Source: an uncultured Bacteriovorax sp.
Lineage (GTDB): Bacteria > Bdellovibrionota > Bacteriovoracia > Bacteriovoracales > Bacteriovoracaceae
DNA: 64,000 nucleotides
Direction: 5' to 3'
Assembly: GCA_964583925.1 (NCBI GenBank)
Contig: CAZOXW010000003.1
Coordinates: forward strand, 3,297 to 67,296
Translations under genes and position numbers: made by a program
Part shown: piece after piece, positions 37,355 through 47,833 of the stretch
How positions within the stretch are numbered: the stretch's first letter is position 1
Layout: the number at the start of each line of letters is the position of its first letter
Notes under the pieces: generated by a model
The model's database searches: none
Told to the model about the DNA's origin: nothing
Seen by the model: only the letters and a program-made list of their open reading frames with translations

Positions 37355-38518
37355 ATGAAACAATTAAAAATTGCCATCATAGGCAGTGGACCAGCTGGAA
37401 GTTTTTGTGCATATCTGTTGCAAAGCTTGGGGCATGAAATTTATTTATACGACAAAAAAACTTTAGTAAAGCGCAAGCTATGTGGAGAATATTTAACTCC
37501 CTTGGGAATAAAACTTTTAGATCAATATCATCTACTAGCACCGTTATCCAAACTATTTTCCAAACTTGATGGAATGGTTTTAGTCGATGCAAAAAACAAT
37601 CGAACTATTCCGTGTCTATTCCCAGTGGTTGATAATTATTCCTATGGCCTTTCAGTTAATCGGCAAATATTTGACCAATACTTGATCGATTTAGCAATAA
37701 ATTCTGGAGTGCATTTGAAATTTGGCCATTTATTAAAAGAAATTCTTCCTACAAATAATGGCCATGAATTAATTTTTAATGAAGGTGAAAAGCGAACTTT
37801 TGATTTGGTTGTTGCTGCTGATGGAATTAATTCATCTATTGCACATCAACTGAAGCATATTGGCCCATATACCAATAAAAGGATTGCATTACATGCCTAT
37901 CTTCTTAAAAATAAAGAAAAAGATTTAAGAATGGGAGAAATGCATATCTTTTGCGATGGAAGTTATTGCGGTTTAAACCCAATCACAGATAAAGAAGTCA
38001 ACTTCTCTATTGTTATCGATTCAGATGAAATTAAAAATGGCAGCAAAAATCTACACGATCATATTAATAAACGTATCAATTCATCGCAAAGACTTAGAGA
38101 ACTTTTTTCTCCAATTAGTGAAGACGTAGAGATCAAAACGTCTATGCCTCTATCAAATAATAATCATTATATTGCTGGAAAAAATCTGGCCTATATTGGC
38201 GATGCTTCAGGTTTTATAGACCCTTTGACGGGCGAAGGTCTAACTAATGCACTCCTGTCGGCAGAACTGCTCTATAAATCACTACAGGCTTCAGACTCGA
38301 TAGACGAAGCTCTAATTAAATATAAAAAAGTAAAAAACTCGACTATGAAATCTAAAAAATTTCTCAACAATATATTTCAGCTAGTAATTAGAAATCCATT
38401 TTTAGTTACTTTCATAGGAATAGTTTTATATAATAACGAGAAACGATCTCGTGCCTTTATTGGAATTATAGGCAATGTCTATTCACCGCTTAAGGGTTTT
38501 ATTAAATTTTTATTTTAA
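37355..38518 (+). CDS. FAD-dependent oxidoreductase/hydroxylase (geranylgeranyl-reductase-like; SrsC-like by context)
   Basis: GSGPAG, KLCGEYL, VAADG..S, IGDASGFIDPLTGEG. Confidence 0.88.
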   Translation: MKQLKIAIIGSGPAGSFCAYLLQSLGHEIYLYDKKTLVKRKLCGEYLTPLGIKLLDQYHLLAPLSKLFSKLDGMVLVDAKNNRTIPCLFPVVDNYSYGLSVNRQIFDQYLIDLAINSGVHLKFGHLLKEILPTNNGHELIFNEGEKRTFDLVVAADGINSSIAHQLKHIGPYTNKRIALHAYLLKNKEKDLRMGEMHIFCDGSYCGLNPITDKEVNFSIVIDSDEIKNGSKNLHDHINKRINSSQRLRELFSPISEDVEIKTSMPLSNNNHYIAGKNLAYIGDASGFIDPLTGEGLTNALLSAELLYKSLQASDSIDEALIKYKKVKNSTMKSKKFLNNIFQLVIRNPFLVTFIGIVLYNNEKRSRAFIGIIGNVYSPLKGFIKFLF

Positions 38519-38527
38519 AGGAACTAT

Positions 38528-39583
38528 ATGGGTTACATCATCGATGTTAAGACAAGTCATCCAAAAAATTATACCTCGCAAGAAGATATTAGAGTATTAC
38601 TAAATGAAGTGTGGCCGAAATATTCAAAATATATCGATCAATTTTCTAAAAGCTCCAGTGTTGTCGGCCGCCATCTGTCGCTTCCCTTAATTGAATATAA
38701 AAACCTAGGAAATTTTGGCGAACGAAATAACCATTGGCTAAATACTGCCCTCTCGCTTCAAAAAGAAAATATGAAAAAAATTTTTGAGCAAAACAATGTT
38801 TTACCAAATGACGTCGGGGCCATTTTTTCAACTAGCGTGACAGGCCTTGCGATACCAACTCTTGAATCACGATTGATGAACGAGTTTAAAATAAATCCAA
38901 GAGCAAAAAGAATCCCAATTTTTGGTCTCGGATGCCTTGGCGGTGTCGCACTAATAAATCGTGCTACTGACTATTTGAAATCGTTTCCTGATGAAGTTGT
39001 CATTTTAATGGCGACTGAATTATGTAGCTTGACTTTTCAATTTGAAGATCAAAGCATTGCTAATTTTGTAGGTACATCACTTTTTGCTGATGGAGCTGCA
39101 ATGGTTTTAATGGCCGGAAAAAACCATCCTCTCCACTGTAAAGCAAAGTTAGAGGTATTAAATACTGCTTCATTTTTCTATCCAGACTCTGAAAGGATTA
39201 TGGGGTGGGAAATTGTTGCTAATGGTTTTCAAATTGTCCTAAGTGGAGACGTACCCTTAATTGTAAAAAATAATTTGTCTAAAAATTTGTCCGAATTTTT
39301 AGAGGAGAATAAATTAAATATAAATGACACAAAATTCTATATTTCGCATCCAGGTGGCCCAAAAGTTTTAGATGCCTTGTCTGAAATTGTAACCAACCTA
39401 AAATCTCCATTTGAACTGAGTTATCAAAGCTTAAAAGAACTCGGCAATATGTCATCGGTTTCTGTTCTTGATGTCATGAGAAGAAACTTCGAGGCCAATC
39501 GACTAAAATCAGCAGAGATTGGAATGATGCTTGCAATGGGACCTGCCTTTGCATCTGAAATAAATTTAATCAAGGTGCTCTAG
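38528..39583 (+). CDS. Type III polyketide synthase (chalcone synthase-like, SrsA/BpsA-type)
   Basis: Catalytic Cys in GLGCLGG, His in SHPGGPK, Asn in GNMSS; SLFADGAA, AMGPAF..E. Confidence 0.94.
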   Translation: MGYIIDVKTSHPKNYTSQEDIRVLLNEVWPKYSKYIDQFSKSSSVVGRHLSLPLIEYKNLGNFGERNNHWLNTALSLQKENMKKIFEQNNVLPNDVGAIFSTSVTGLAIPTLESRLMNEFKINPRAKRIPIFGLGCLGGVALINRATDYLKSFPDEVVILMATELCSLTFQFEDQSIANFVGTSLFADGAAMVLMAGKNHPLHCKAKLEVLNTASFFYPDSERIMGWEIVANGFQIVLSGDVPLIVKNNLSKNLSEFLEENKLNINDTKFYISHPGGPKVLDALSEIVTNLKSPFELSYQSLKELGNMSSVSVLDVMRRNFEANRLKSAEIGMMLAMGPAFASEINLIKVL

Positions 39584-39584
39584 A

Positions 39585-40154
39585 TTGCTTACTTATAAAT
39601 TTAATCTCATCATTTTAATTTTTTACCTTGTTCAACGAGTTTCAGAATTATACATTTCAAAAAAAAATGAGTTGGCCTTAGCGAAAAAACAAAGTTTCGT
39701 TGAAAAATATAAAGCTAATTCATTAGTGATGAAATTATTTCATCTTTCATGGTTTTTGGTACTTTTTACTTCAGTTTTAAAATCTAATAAGATGGAACTT
39801 AATCACCCTTTTATCTATATTCCCCTACTCTTTTTCCTGCAGATCATACGTTTTATTTCCATCACTAACATAAAAGAGAATTGGGTGCTAAAAGTTTTGA
39901 GGCTTGAAGATTTCACCCCTCACACAAAAGGAATATATCGACACATTCGCCATCCGAACTACCTCGTTGTTATATTTGAAATAATTATTGTTCCAGTACT
40001 ACTAAATCTTGCCACGATTGGAGTAATTTTTTTCGGATTGAATTTAATCCTCTTGTTATTTAGAATTCACTATGAAGAACTTGAGCTAGAAAAGTTTGAA
40101 GAGTATGCTCAATATAAAAAGAATACTTACCGCTTAATTCCCTTTATTTATTAG
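39585..40154 (+). CDS. Isoprenylcysteine carboxyl methyltransferase family (SrsB/BpsB-like)
   Basis: QRVSEL.ISKKNE, G.YR.IRHPNY..V..E, RI..EE..L. Confidence 0.88.
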   Translation: MLTYKFNLIILIFYLVQRVSELYISKKNELALAKKQSFVEKYKANSLVMKLFHLSWFLVLFTSVLKSNKMELNHPFIYIPLLFFLQIIRFISITNIKENWVLKVLRLEDFTPHTKGIYRHIRHPNYLVVIFEIIIVPVLLNLATIGVIFFGLNLILLLFRIHYEELELEKFEEYAQYKKNTYRLIPFIY

Positions 40155-40164
40155 GAGTAAATAT

Positions 40165-40740
40165 ATGAAATTTTTTGTCGCACTAACTCTATTTTTTTCA
40201 CTCCGTCTTTTAGCTACTGAACTTAAAATAAATTATTCTTCTTTTGAAGAAGCAAACAAAAGCTCTCAATATTTAAAATTTAAGGGTAAATCTACCAAGC
40301 TTGGCCTAATAACTACAGAATTTATAGGACTTTCTAAATCTTACCTGCTCAAGTATGACATCAAGGATAACAAACTCAGCACACTAGAAATTATTATTGA
40401 TAAAAAAATGCTTGATACTGATAATAAAATGCGTGATGAAAAAATGCACAACCAATCTCTACTATCAGAAAAAAACAATGAAATTAAAGTGCGACTTTTA
40501 AGTTCTGTAGAATTAAAAGAAGAAAGTTCTGCAGTGGTAAATGCCAGTATTAAAATTATAGAAAAAGAGCTTACACTCCCTCTGACCTATCAAACTAAAG
40601 AGGATGGCAATCAATACATAATAAGCTTTACTACAAAATTTTCATTTGTTGAAGCAGGAATACCTGACCCAAGTATCATGGTTGCAAAAGTGGATGAACA
40701 TTTTTCTATAGAAGGTAAAATAATCTTACCTAAGAATTAA
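40165..40740 (+). CDS. YceI-like lipid/polyisoprenoid-binding protein
   Basis: Signal peptide; LDTDNKMRDEKM pattern; beta-barrel strands; AGGAG RBS. Confidence 0.72.
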   Translation: MKFFVALTLFFSLRLLATELKINYSSFEEANKSSQYLKFKGKSTKLGLITTEFIGLSKSYLLKYDIKDNKLSTLEIIIDKKMLDTDNKMRDEKMHNQSLLSEKNNEIKVRLLSSVELKEESSAVVNASIKIIEKELTLPLTYQTKEDGNQYIISFTTKFSFVEAGIPDPSIMVAKVDEHFSIEGKIILPKN

Positions 40741-40746
40741 CTTAAT

Positions 40747-42819
40747 TTATTTTTGTACTAGCTTATTGTATTCATCTTTATGATTAATGGAAGAATACAA
40801 TAATCTAGGCAATACATAGATATCTAAGATAGTCCCTGTGAATATAATGTACGCCAAGACCCCGCCAAATTGCCGAATGGGAAGAAAACTATTTATTGTA
40901 AACATTCCAAAACAAACAAAAAGCAAAAGTCCTGAAATTATCACAGGCACAAGCACCGCACTTGAATATTCTTCAAAGTTTTTAAAAGGATGATGAACTC
41001 TAGCATGAATTATATGAAACGAACTATCACCAATCAGGCCCAAGGCAATTGAAAACGTCATTACCGTAGCAATATTTATAGAAAAATTAAAAAGATACAT
41101 AAACAAAAATGAAGATAAAACAGGTACTAAACTAACTATACAAAACGCTATAAATATTTTTAGCTTTCTAAAGTAGAAAAAGGCACAGGCAAATACCACA
41201 AGAGCAGAGGACAAAAAACTCTTATAGAGCACATTTATCATGGTCTCTTGTGAGAGCATTAATGTGTAATTTAGCCCCCCAAGTGTATATTTATAATTTG
41301 TCTCTCTTAAGACCTGCTCAATAAGTTCTAAATCTTTTTTATAATCTAAAACATCACTTGGCCCGCCTAAGATCGTCATGCGATAAACTCTATCAACCGG
41401 GTATGACTCTTGAAGTGAGAGTGGAAGTTGTCCTCTTAATGTGAAATAAGAAATCATACTTTCAGGCAAAACGTCTTTGCCTGCGTATTTTGAATTAATA
41501 TTTCGAATAAAGCTATTGTTGGATAAAACTTTTATGTCCTTGCGTCCAAGCTTTAACGATATTTTTTCCTCTATGCTTTCAAGCAATCGAATATTTGTTT
41601 GATCTAGCTCATTTGGTAAATCAACAATAATTTCCAATACAGGAAGACCTGCAACTGTTTTTGATACATCTAAAATATTTTCTCGGAATCCTGATTGAGC
41701 TGGAAAATATTTAGTTGCATCAGTTAGAACATCTAGACGCTTTGGAATAAAAATCGAAGCAAAAAGAGATATTAAAATAATTAAATAAACTAATGCCAGA
41801 CGAGATGACTTCTTACTCAAACGATCTAACTTTAGACTAAACTTTGTGACATCATCTTTTTTTATCTTGGAGTCTAATATACTATACCACAAATAAACGA
41901 GACCTGTCCCAATGAGAACAAGCTGAGCAGACAAATTTCCAAATACAACAATAACACTTACATCGGATGTTATTAAACTTAAGAAACCAATATATGTAGT
42001 AAACATCATTAAAAATACAGGCTTCCATTTGTTTTTTAAAAATTGCTTTAATGAACCAAATTCTTTTATCGAAAAGAAGCTATGAAAACTAAGTGATAAT
42101 GTTACTGTAAAAATAACCAAAGGTATGATCGAAGTAACCATATTCATATCATTTTCTAAAATTCTTAAAGTGGATAGGCTAATCCCGGCCATAAAAAGAC
42201 AAGGAAGATAAAGAATTAATGATTCAAGTATATTTCTAACAAAGAAAAAAGTGATAAAAAAACCTAGAACAAACATCGCAGGAAACAATGTCTCCTGGAT
42301 AGATAAAGAATAATGATCTAGTAGAAAGTTTGTAAAAGGTATTCCGGCCCAATTATTTAATTTTCGATCTTTAAAATACATATTATTATTTGCATGCTGT
42401 AAAATATCTTTTAATCGAACATCGCTATTGTCAACAAACAATGCGGCAAGATAGTTAGTTCCTTTCAGCTTTATTAAATCATTACTTTCAACTTCTGGGA
42501 CTGATCGAATCGATTTATTTAGACTCTGATCTGTTATGATTTCACATTCATCAAAGCAAATTGATTTTAATCTATCAATCTCTTTATAAAATTTTTCAAC
42601 TTCACTTGGATCATTTACATTTTTGATGGTTCTTTTGAATACTAAGTGCTGCTTTTCAGCTACTTTTGAAGTAAAGCTTGTATACAAAGAGAGTGCATCT
42701 TTGCCTAAAAAAATGGATTCAGGATTTCTTTGCTTAATTTTACTCCCATAAATCAATGACAAAGTACCTATGGCCAAGATAAAAACAAGAAGGACTTTAT
42801 CTCTATTTTTTATTCCCAC
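40747..42819 (-). CDS. MMPL/RND-family transporter
   Basis: Two TM bundles separated by extracytoplasmic domains; SIALGLIGDSSFH, F.PIRQFG. Confidence 0.78.
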   Translation of the reverse strand: MGIKNRDKVLLVFILAIGTLSLIYGSKIKQRNPESIFLGKDALSLYTSFTSKVAEKQHLVFKRTIKNVNDPSEVEKFYKEIDRLKSICFDECEIITDQSLNKSIRSVPEVESNDLIKLKGTNYLAALFVDNSDVRLKDILQHANNNMYFKDRKLNNWAGIPFTNFLLDHYSLSIQETLFPAMFVLGFFITFFFVRNILESLILYLPCLFMAGISLSTLRILENDMNMVTSIIPLVIFTVTLSLSFHSFFSIKEFGSLKQFLKNKWKPVFLMMFTTYIGFLSLITSDVSVIVVFGNLSAQLVLIGTGLVYLWYSILDSKIKKDDVTKFSLKLDRLSKKSSRLALVYLIILISLFASIFIPKRLDVLTDATKYFPAQSGFRENILDVSKTVAGLPVLEIIVDLPNELDQTNIRLLESIEEKISLKLGRKDIKVLSNNSFIRNINSKYAGKDVLPESMISYFTLRGQLPLSLQESYPVDRVYRMTILGGPSDVLDYKKDLELIEQVLRETNYKYTLGGLNYTLMLSQETMINVLYKSFLSSALVVFACAFFYFRKLKIFIAFCIVSLVPVLSSFLFMYLFNFSINIATVMTFSIALGLIGDSSFHIIHARVHHPFKNFEEYSSAVLVPVIISGLLLFVCFGMFTINSFLPIRQFGGVLAYIIFTGTILDIYVLPRLLYSSINHKDEYNKLVQK

Positions 42820-44369
42820 TCAATTGTCCCTGGTGGCTTAGAAGTAATATCATAAACGACGCGTGTAATTCCTTTTACTTCATTTGTAATTCGTCGGGAG
42901 ACTTTTTCTAAAAATTCATAAGGCATATGAGTCCAATTTGCGGTCATTCCATCACTAGAGTTTACCATTCTCAAACAGATCACGTTTTCATACGCACGCC
43001 CATCGCCTTTTACTCCGACTGTTTTCACAGGAAGAAAGACAGTAAAGGCCTGCCATGTTGCTTGATATAATTTGGCATCTACTAATTCTTCAAACAATAT
43101 TTGGTCTGATTCCTGAACTGCTCGTATGCTTTCACTATTAATTGTTCCTAGAATACGAACCCCAAGACCTGGGCCAGGAAAAGGATGACGAAAAACCCAA
43201 CTTCGATTCAGGCCTAGTGCTAGGCCTAATTCTCGCACTTCATCTTTAAAAAGATATCTTAATGGCTCTAAGAGCTTCAAATGCATGCGTTCAGGAAGTC
43301 CACCAACATTGTGATGAGATTTAATCGTTACACTTTTACCATCTTTTTTATGTGGTGAAATTGATTCTATAACATCTGGGTATAAAGTGCCTTGTAAAAG
43401 ATATTCAAACTTTATCTGAAAATTATTTTCATACTCATGAACTTTTTTTTCAAAAACTTCAATAAATGTTTTACCTATAATTTTTCGTTTTTTTTCTGGA
43501 TCTTCAATGTCTTTTAGTGCCTGCAAAAATACTTCTTTTGCGTCGATAATTTCAATATTTAAACTTGTTTCCTTTTTTAAAATTTTAATATGTTCATAGT
43601 CTTGAATTCTTAAAAGCCCATTGTCGACAAAAAAACAATAGAGATCCTTTTTGAGTACTTTTGCGGCCATGGTTGCAGCGACAAGTGAATCCACGCCTCC
43701 GGAAAACGCACATAGCACTTTATGATTTTTTACTTCTTCAACAATTTTTAAAGATTCATCCAGCATTTCATGAGTACTCCATTTTCTTTCAAGCTTTGCT
43801 AATTCTTTAAAAAAATAATCTAAAATTAATTTACCATGCTTTGAATGCTCTACCTCTGGGTGAAATTGTAATCCTAATATTGGAAGACTCTTGTGTTTTA
43901 TGCCTGCGACCAGACCATTGCTACTTTTCATAACCACTTCAAATTTTTCAGGAACAATCGTTACATGATCAGAATGACTCATCCAAACGCTTATTTTTGA
44001 TGGAACATGATCAATACTAAAATTTGATTCAAAATTAATTTCAGCATGGCCATATTCACCAATCACACCTTTTTCAACCGTGCCACCAAAATATTTCCCA
44101 AGGAGTTGCATTCCATAACAAATACCTAGAACAGGAATTTGTTGTTCTTTAAAGATAAAACTATAATCGTAATCATCTTGAAAAACACTTTGAGGCCCTC
44201 CAGACAAAACCAAACAACTTGGATATTCATTTTTTTGATAGCGGTCATGACATTCTTCAAGTGTTATTATTTCACTATAAAATGATAATTCACGACATTT
44301 TCTTGTAATTAACTGTGTGTACTGTGAACCAAAATCCACTACCCAAATTTGACTTTCTTTTTTTTTCAT
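42810..44369 (-). CDS. guaA: GMP synthase (glutamine-hydrolysing)
   Basis: DFGSQYTQLI, GICYGMQ, QFHPEV, SGGVDS, QGTLYPDVIES, IKSHHNVGGLP, SKPPGTIEWE. Confidence 0.98.
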   Translation of the reverse strand: MKKKESQIWVVDFGSQYTQLITRKCRELSFYSEIITLEECHDRYQKNEYPSCLVLSGGPQSVFQDDYDYSFIFKEQQIPVLGICYGMQLLGKYFGGTVEKGVIGEYGHAEINFESNFSIDHVPSKISVWMSHSDHVTIVPEKFEVVMKSSNGLVAGIKHKSLPILGLQFHPEVEHSKHGKLILDYFFKELAKLERKWSTHEMLDESLKIVEEVKNHKVLCAFSGGVDSLVAATMAAKVLKKDLYCFFVDNGLLRIQDYEHIKILKKETSLNIEIIDAKEVFLQALKDIEDPEKKRKIIGKTFIEVFEKKVHEYENNFQIKFEYLLQGTLYPDVIESISPHKKDGKSVTIKSHHNVGGLPERMHLKLLEPLRYLFKDEVRELGLALGLNRSWVFRHPFPGPGLGVRILGTINSESIRAVQESDQILFEELVDAKLYQATWQAFTVFLPVKTVGVKGDGRAYENVICLRMVNSSDGMTANWTHMPYEFLEKVSRRITNEVKGITRVVYDITSKPPGTIEWE

Positions 44370-44379
44370 TACTCTACTC

Positions 44380-45849
44380 TTAGGTCAATCGATAATTAGG
44401 TGCCTCTTTTGTTACAAACACATCATGCGGGTGTGATTCTTTTAAAGAAGCATTTGATATTGTAATAAACTCGGCCTTTAAGACCAGTTCAGCTAAATTT
44501 TTTGCACCGACATAGCCCATTCCCGATCTAAGTCCACCAACTAATTGGAAAATATTACTTGATAATGATCCACGATAAGGAACTTGCCCCTCTATTCCTT
44601 CAGGAACGAGCTTGCTCATATCTTCAACTGAAGATTGTCCATAACGATCTTTAGATCCTAAACTCATTGCCCCCAAAGATCCCATACCTCGATAGATCTT
44701 ATAAGCACGCCCTTGATATAAAACCATTTCACCAGGAGCTTCATCTGTCCCCGCAAATAGTGAACCTATCATTACCGAGCTTGCGCCAACAGCTAACGCT
44801 TTAACCACATCACCGGACAACTTAATGCCTCCATCTGCAATTAAAGGAACTCCTACAGTGTTACAATATTCAGCACATTCCATAACGGCAGAGAATTGAG
44901 GAACCCCAATTCCTGCAACAACTCGAGTTGTACAAATTGAACCGGGCCCAATACCTACTTTTATTCCATCAACCCCTGCAAGTACTAGAGCTTCACATGC
45001 CTTTTTTGTTGCCACATTACCAGCTACAACATCGACATTCGGAAAATCTTTTTTTAAACGCTTCACCATCTCAATAACAGCTTTCGAGTGGCCATGGGCC
45101 GTATCTACCACGATGGCATCTGTCTGTGCCTCTATTAAAATTTTTGCACGCTCATATTCTTTTTCAGAAACTCCAACTGCGGCCGCGACTCGAAGTCGTC
45201 CAAATGAATCTTTATTCGCATTTGGAAATGTAATTGTTTTTAGAATATCTTTAACTGTAATTAATCCCTTTATTTCACCTGTATCAGAAATAAGAGGTAG
45301 TTTTTCAATTCTATTTTTATGTAGAATCTTTTTGGCCTCTTCAATGCATGTATTTGGCGAAGCAGTCACAAGCTTATCTTTTTTAGTCATGACGTCTTTT
45401 ACTTTTTGATCAAAATTTGATTCAAATTGCAAATCTCTATTTGTCAGTATCCCAACAAGCATTTTATTTTTGTCAACGACCAATACACCTGTGATTTTTT
45501 TTTGATTTTTTAAATCCATTACATAACGAAGTGTCATATCTTCATCGACACTCACTGGATTTAAAATCATTCCCGCTTCAAATTTTTTTACCTTTTCTAC
45601 TTCTTCTGCCTGACGATATGGAGTCAAATTTTTATGAATAACTCCAATGCCTCCTTCTTCGGCCAAAACAATTGCTGATGGTGCTTCAGTTACAGTATCC
45701 ATAGCTGCTGATACAATGGGAATTTTTAAATCAATATTTCTAGAAAATTTAGTATGAACGATTGTTTCATTCGGTAGGACTTCAGAAAATCCAGGTTTAA
45801 TAAGAACATCATCATAAGTAAGAGACGGATCGCGAGCAATCTTTGCCAT
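44380..45849 (-). CDS. guaB: IMP dehydrogenase
   Basis: [11 protein letters not shown] pair, [36 protein letters not shown]. Confidence 0.98.
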   Translation of the reverse strand: MAKIARDPSLTYDDVLIKPGFSEVLPNETIVHTKFSRNIDLKIPIVSAAMDTVTEAPSAIVLAEEGGIGVIHKNLTPYRQAEEVEKVKKFEAGMILNPVSVDEDMTLRYVMDLKNQKKITGVLVVDKNKMLVGILTNRDLQFESNFDQKVKDVMTKKDKLVTASPNTCIEEAKKILHKNRIEKLPLISDTGEIKGLITVKDILKTITFPNANKDSFGRLRVAAAVGVSEKEYERAKILIEAQTDAIVVDTAHGHSKAVIEMVKRLKKDFPNVDVVAGNVATKKACEALVLAGVDGIKVGIGPGSICTTRVVAGIGVPQFSAVMECAEYCNTVGVPLIADGGIKLSGDVVKALAVGASSVMIGSLFAGTDEAPGEMVLYQGRAYKIYRGMGSLGAMSLGSKDRYGQSSVEDMSKLVPEGIEGQVPYRGSLSSNIFQLVGGLRSGMGYVGAKNLAELVLKAEFITISNASLKESHPHDVFVTKEAPNYRLT

Positions 45850-45885
45850 ATGATCTTCCTTAAAGTTTTCCGCTTGAAAAATAGA

Positions 45886-46902
45886 CTATAGATTTTTTAG
45901 TTGATCTATTAGCTTATTTGTTTCAACGCTAGGAATATTTGTATCTTTTTTTGGTACTTCTATTATCTTACTTTCAACACCGACAGGAGTATCAGAAAAT
46001 TCTGGCACAACACTCGATGCAGGTAAACGCTCTACCATTTTTTCTTTTGAACTTTTTTTCTGCCCATATATTTGAACTACAACAGGGCCAGACTCTAGAT
46101 CTACTTTTTTATGAACAACAGGACTATATCCTTTTTTCTTTCTTTTTGGAAGAGGTGACTCTAGTTTTTTTTCTAACATCGAATTTTTATATTCTTCAAT
46201 TATTTTTGATTCGTGTTCGACTACTGGTGTAGAGGCAATCGCACGAATCGGCTCATGAGAAACGACATGATGACTTGTCACAACTTTATGTGCATGAGAG
46301 TTCATTTGAAAAGGTGTAACTCCGATAAATGAAGACATTAATTCTTTCATCGTTTTTTGCCCAACCGGTGTTGGATCTCGAGGTGCACCATTATCATAAT
46401 TATTTTCTATAAAACTATAATTATTCTCTGTAACACTTAAACTTAAATCTCTTGTCTTATTATTCGATAATTTCATCATTCCATTTAACACTAACAGCTG
46501 AGTTCGCGCTTTTGATGTATCATATGTTAAAATGGCCTCTCCCATATCAAGTTCAATATGAGCATTAACAGTTGTAATATTCATTTTTTGGTTTTGGTTT
46601 TTAGACTGTACCCACATATTTCCTGAACGCAATTCATGACCTGATTCAAAAATGGCCAACGAAGCATCGCTATTGAGATAAAATGTGTGATCCAAATTAT
46701 CTGATAAACTTAAACGTCCACCATGCTCTATAAATATCTCCGATTTAGGTTTCAGTATTTCACCTTTTTTTAACTGATGAGTTTTACCTTCATATGAGGC
46801 AAAAGCACTTCCGTAGACATCAACGACACGAACCGACATATCGCTATTTGCAAAACTTTTGAAACTGATAAGAAAAATGATAATAAATATAATCTTATTC
46901 AT
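45886..46902 (-). CDS. Exported FecR-like domain protein with low-complexity C-terminus
   Basis: Signal peptide; beta-rich FecR/LipL45-like N-domain; His/Pro/Lys-rich tail. Confidence 0.55.
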   Translation of the reverse strand: MNKIIFIIIFLISFKSFANSDMSVRVVDVYGSAFASYEGKTHQLKKGEILKPKSEIFIEHGGRLSLSDNLDHTFYLNSDASLAIFESGHELRSGNMWVQSKNQNQKMNITTVNAHIELDMGEAILTYDTSKARTQLLVLNGMMKLSNNKTRDLSLSVTENNYSFIENNYDNGAPRDPTPVGQKTMKELMSSFIGVTPFQMNSHAHKVVTSHHVVSHEPIRAIASTPVVEHESKIIEEYKNSMLEKKLESPLPKRKKKGYSPVVHKKVDLESGPVVVQIYGQKKSSKEKMVERLPASSVVPEFSDTPVGVESKIIEVPKKDTNIPSVETNKLIDQLKNL

Positions 46903-47650
46903 TTGTTTTCTCTTCTATTTTTTCATAGTATGAACTTAAAATTTTCCATTCACTTGTATTTCGGTATTTCTTTCTAAACTCTTCTACTGTCTCAAAAAAT
47001 TTCTTCTTCTCACCTTGTTTTAGATGTGTTAAGGCCACCCAAAGTTTGGCCGAACGGTAATACTTTGAAGTTGGATAATCCTTCATCAACACTGAAAAAT
47101 GTTTCAATGTCCATTCATGGTGTGAACCACTTTCGTATGCACTTATCCCCGCCTTAAAATAAAATTCGTCATCGATTTTATTATAGTGTGGATAATTCTC
47201 TACAATTGAATAGTAAAACTGAGATGCCTTCTCAAAATTTTTAGATTTAAATTCTTTATCTGCAATACTATGCATATCCTCTGCATGCCATTTATAAGTT
47301 TTAAATTGCACAAAATCTGTTTTCAAATTTGACTCTAACATTGGAGTTACGCTAGCGATTTCTCTTTTTTGATGGCCATCACTATGACCATTATGCTCGC
47401 TATGGGTAGAATGCTCTGGAGCATGGTGTGCAACAGTGCTTGGTCCACCATTTTTTACCTTCTCTATCTCAAACTCTAGTCGTTTAATTTCAGCTTTAAG
47501 CTCTCTATTTTCTTTTGCAAGCTTTAGTGACACTGCCTCATAGTGATTAAATTTTTGGGCCTTTTTCTCAATGGCCGCGTAATCGACATTGCAAGCATGC
47601 AATAGCGGGAGCACTAGAATAATTGGCACAAATTTATTTTTTATCTTCAT
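46895..47650 (-). CDS. Lipoprotein with coiled coil, His-rich linker and TPR (CpoB/YbgF-like)
   Basis: LLHAC lipobox after ATG 47650; F..A...Y..IV.NYP, YP.S.Y..SAKLW TPR pattern. Confidence 0.65.
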   Translation of the reverse strand: MKIKNKFVPIILVLPLLHACNVDYAAIEKKAQKFNHYEAVSLKLAKENRELKAEIKRLEFEIEKVKNGGPSTVAHHAPEHSTHSEHNGHSDGHQKREIASVTPMLESNLKTDFVQFKTYKWHAEDMHSIADKEFKSKNFEKASQFYYSIVENYPHYNKIDDEFYFKAGISAYESGSHHEWTLKHFSVLMKDYPTSKYYRSAKLWVALTHLKQGEKKKFFETVEEFRKKYRNTSEWKILSSYYEKIEEKTNE

Positions 47651-47833
47651 TTTAAAACCCTCGATCAAAAAATTCAGAAAAGATGATCAGTCATCTATTT
47701 TTCGGAGTTTCTTAAAATTAATTAAATAAAATATTACCCGACTTTTTTACACAAGCTCCCTATCCTTTCTTTCCATGTTGATTTAATTTGGTTAAAATAA
47801 GTCATAATAGTTCCAAAACCCGGGTCGACGCAT

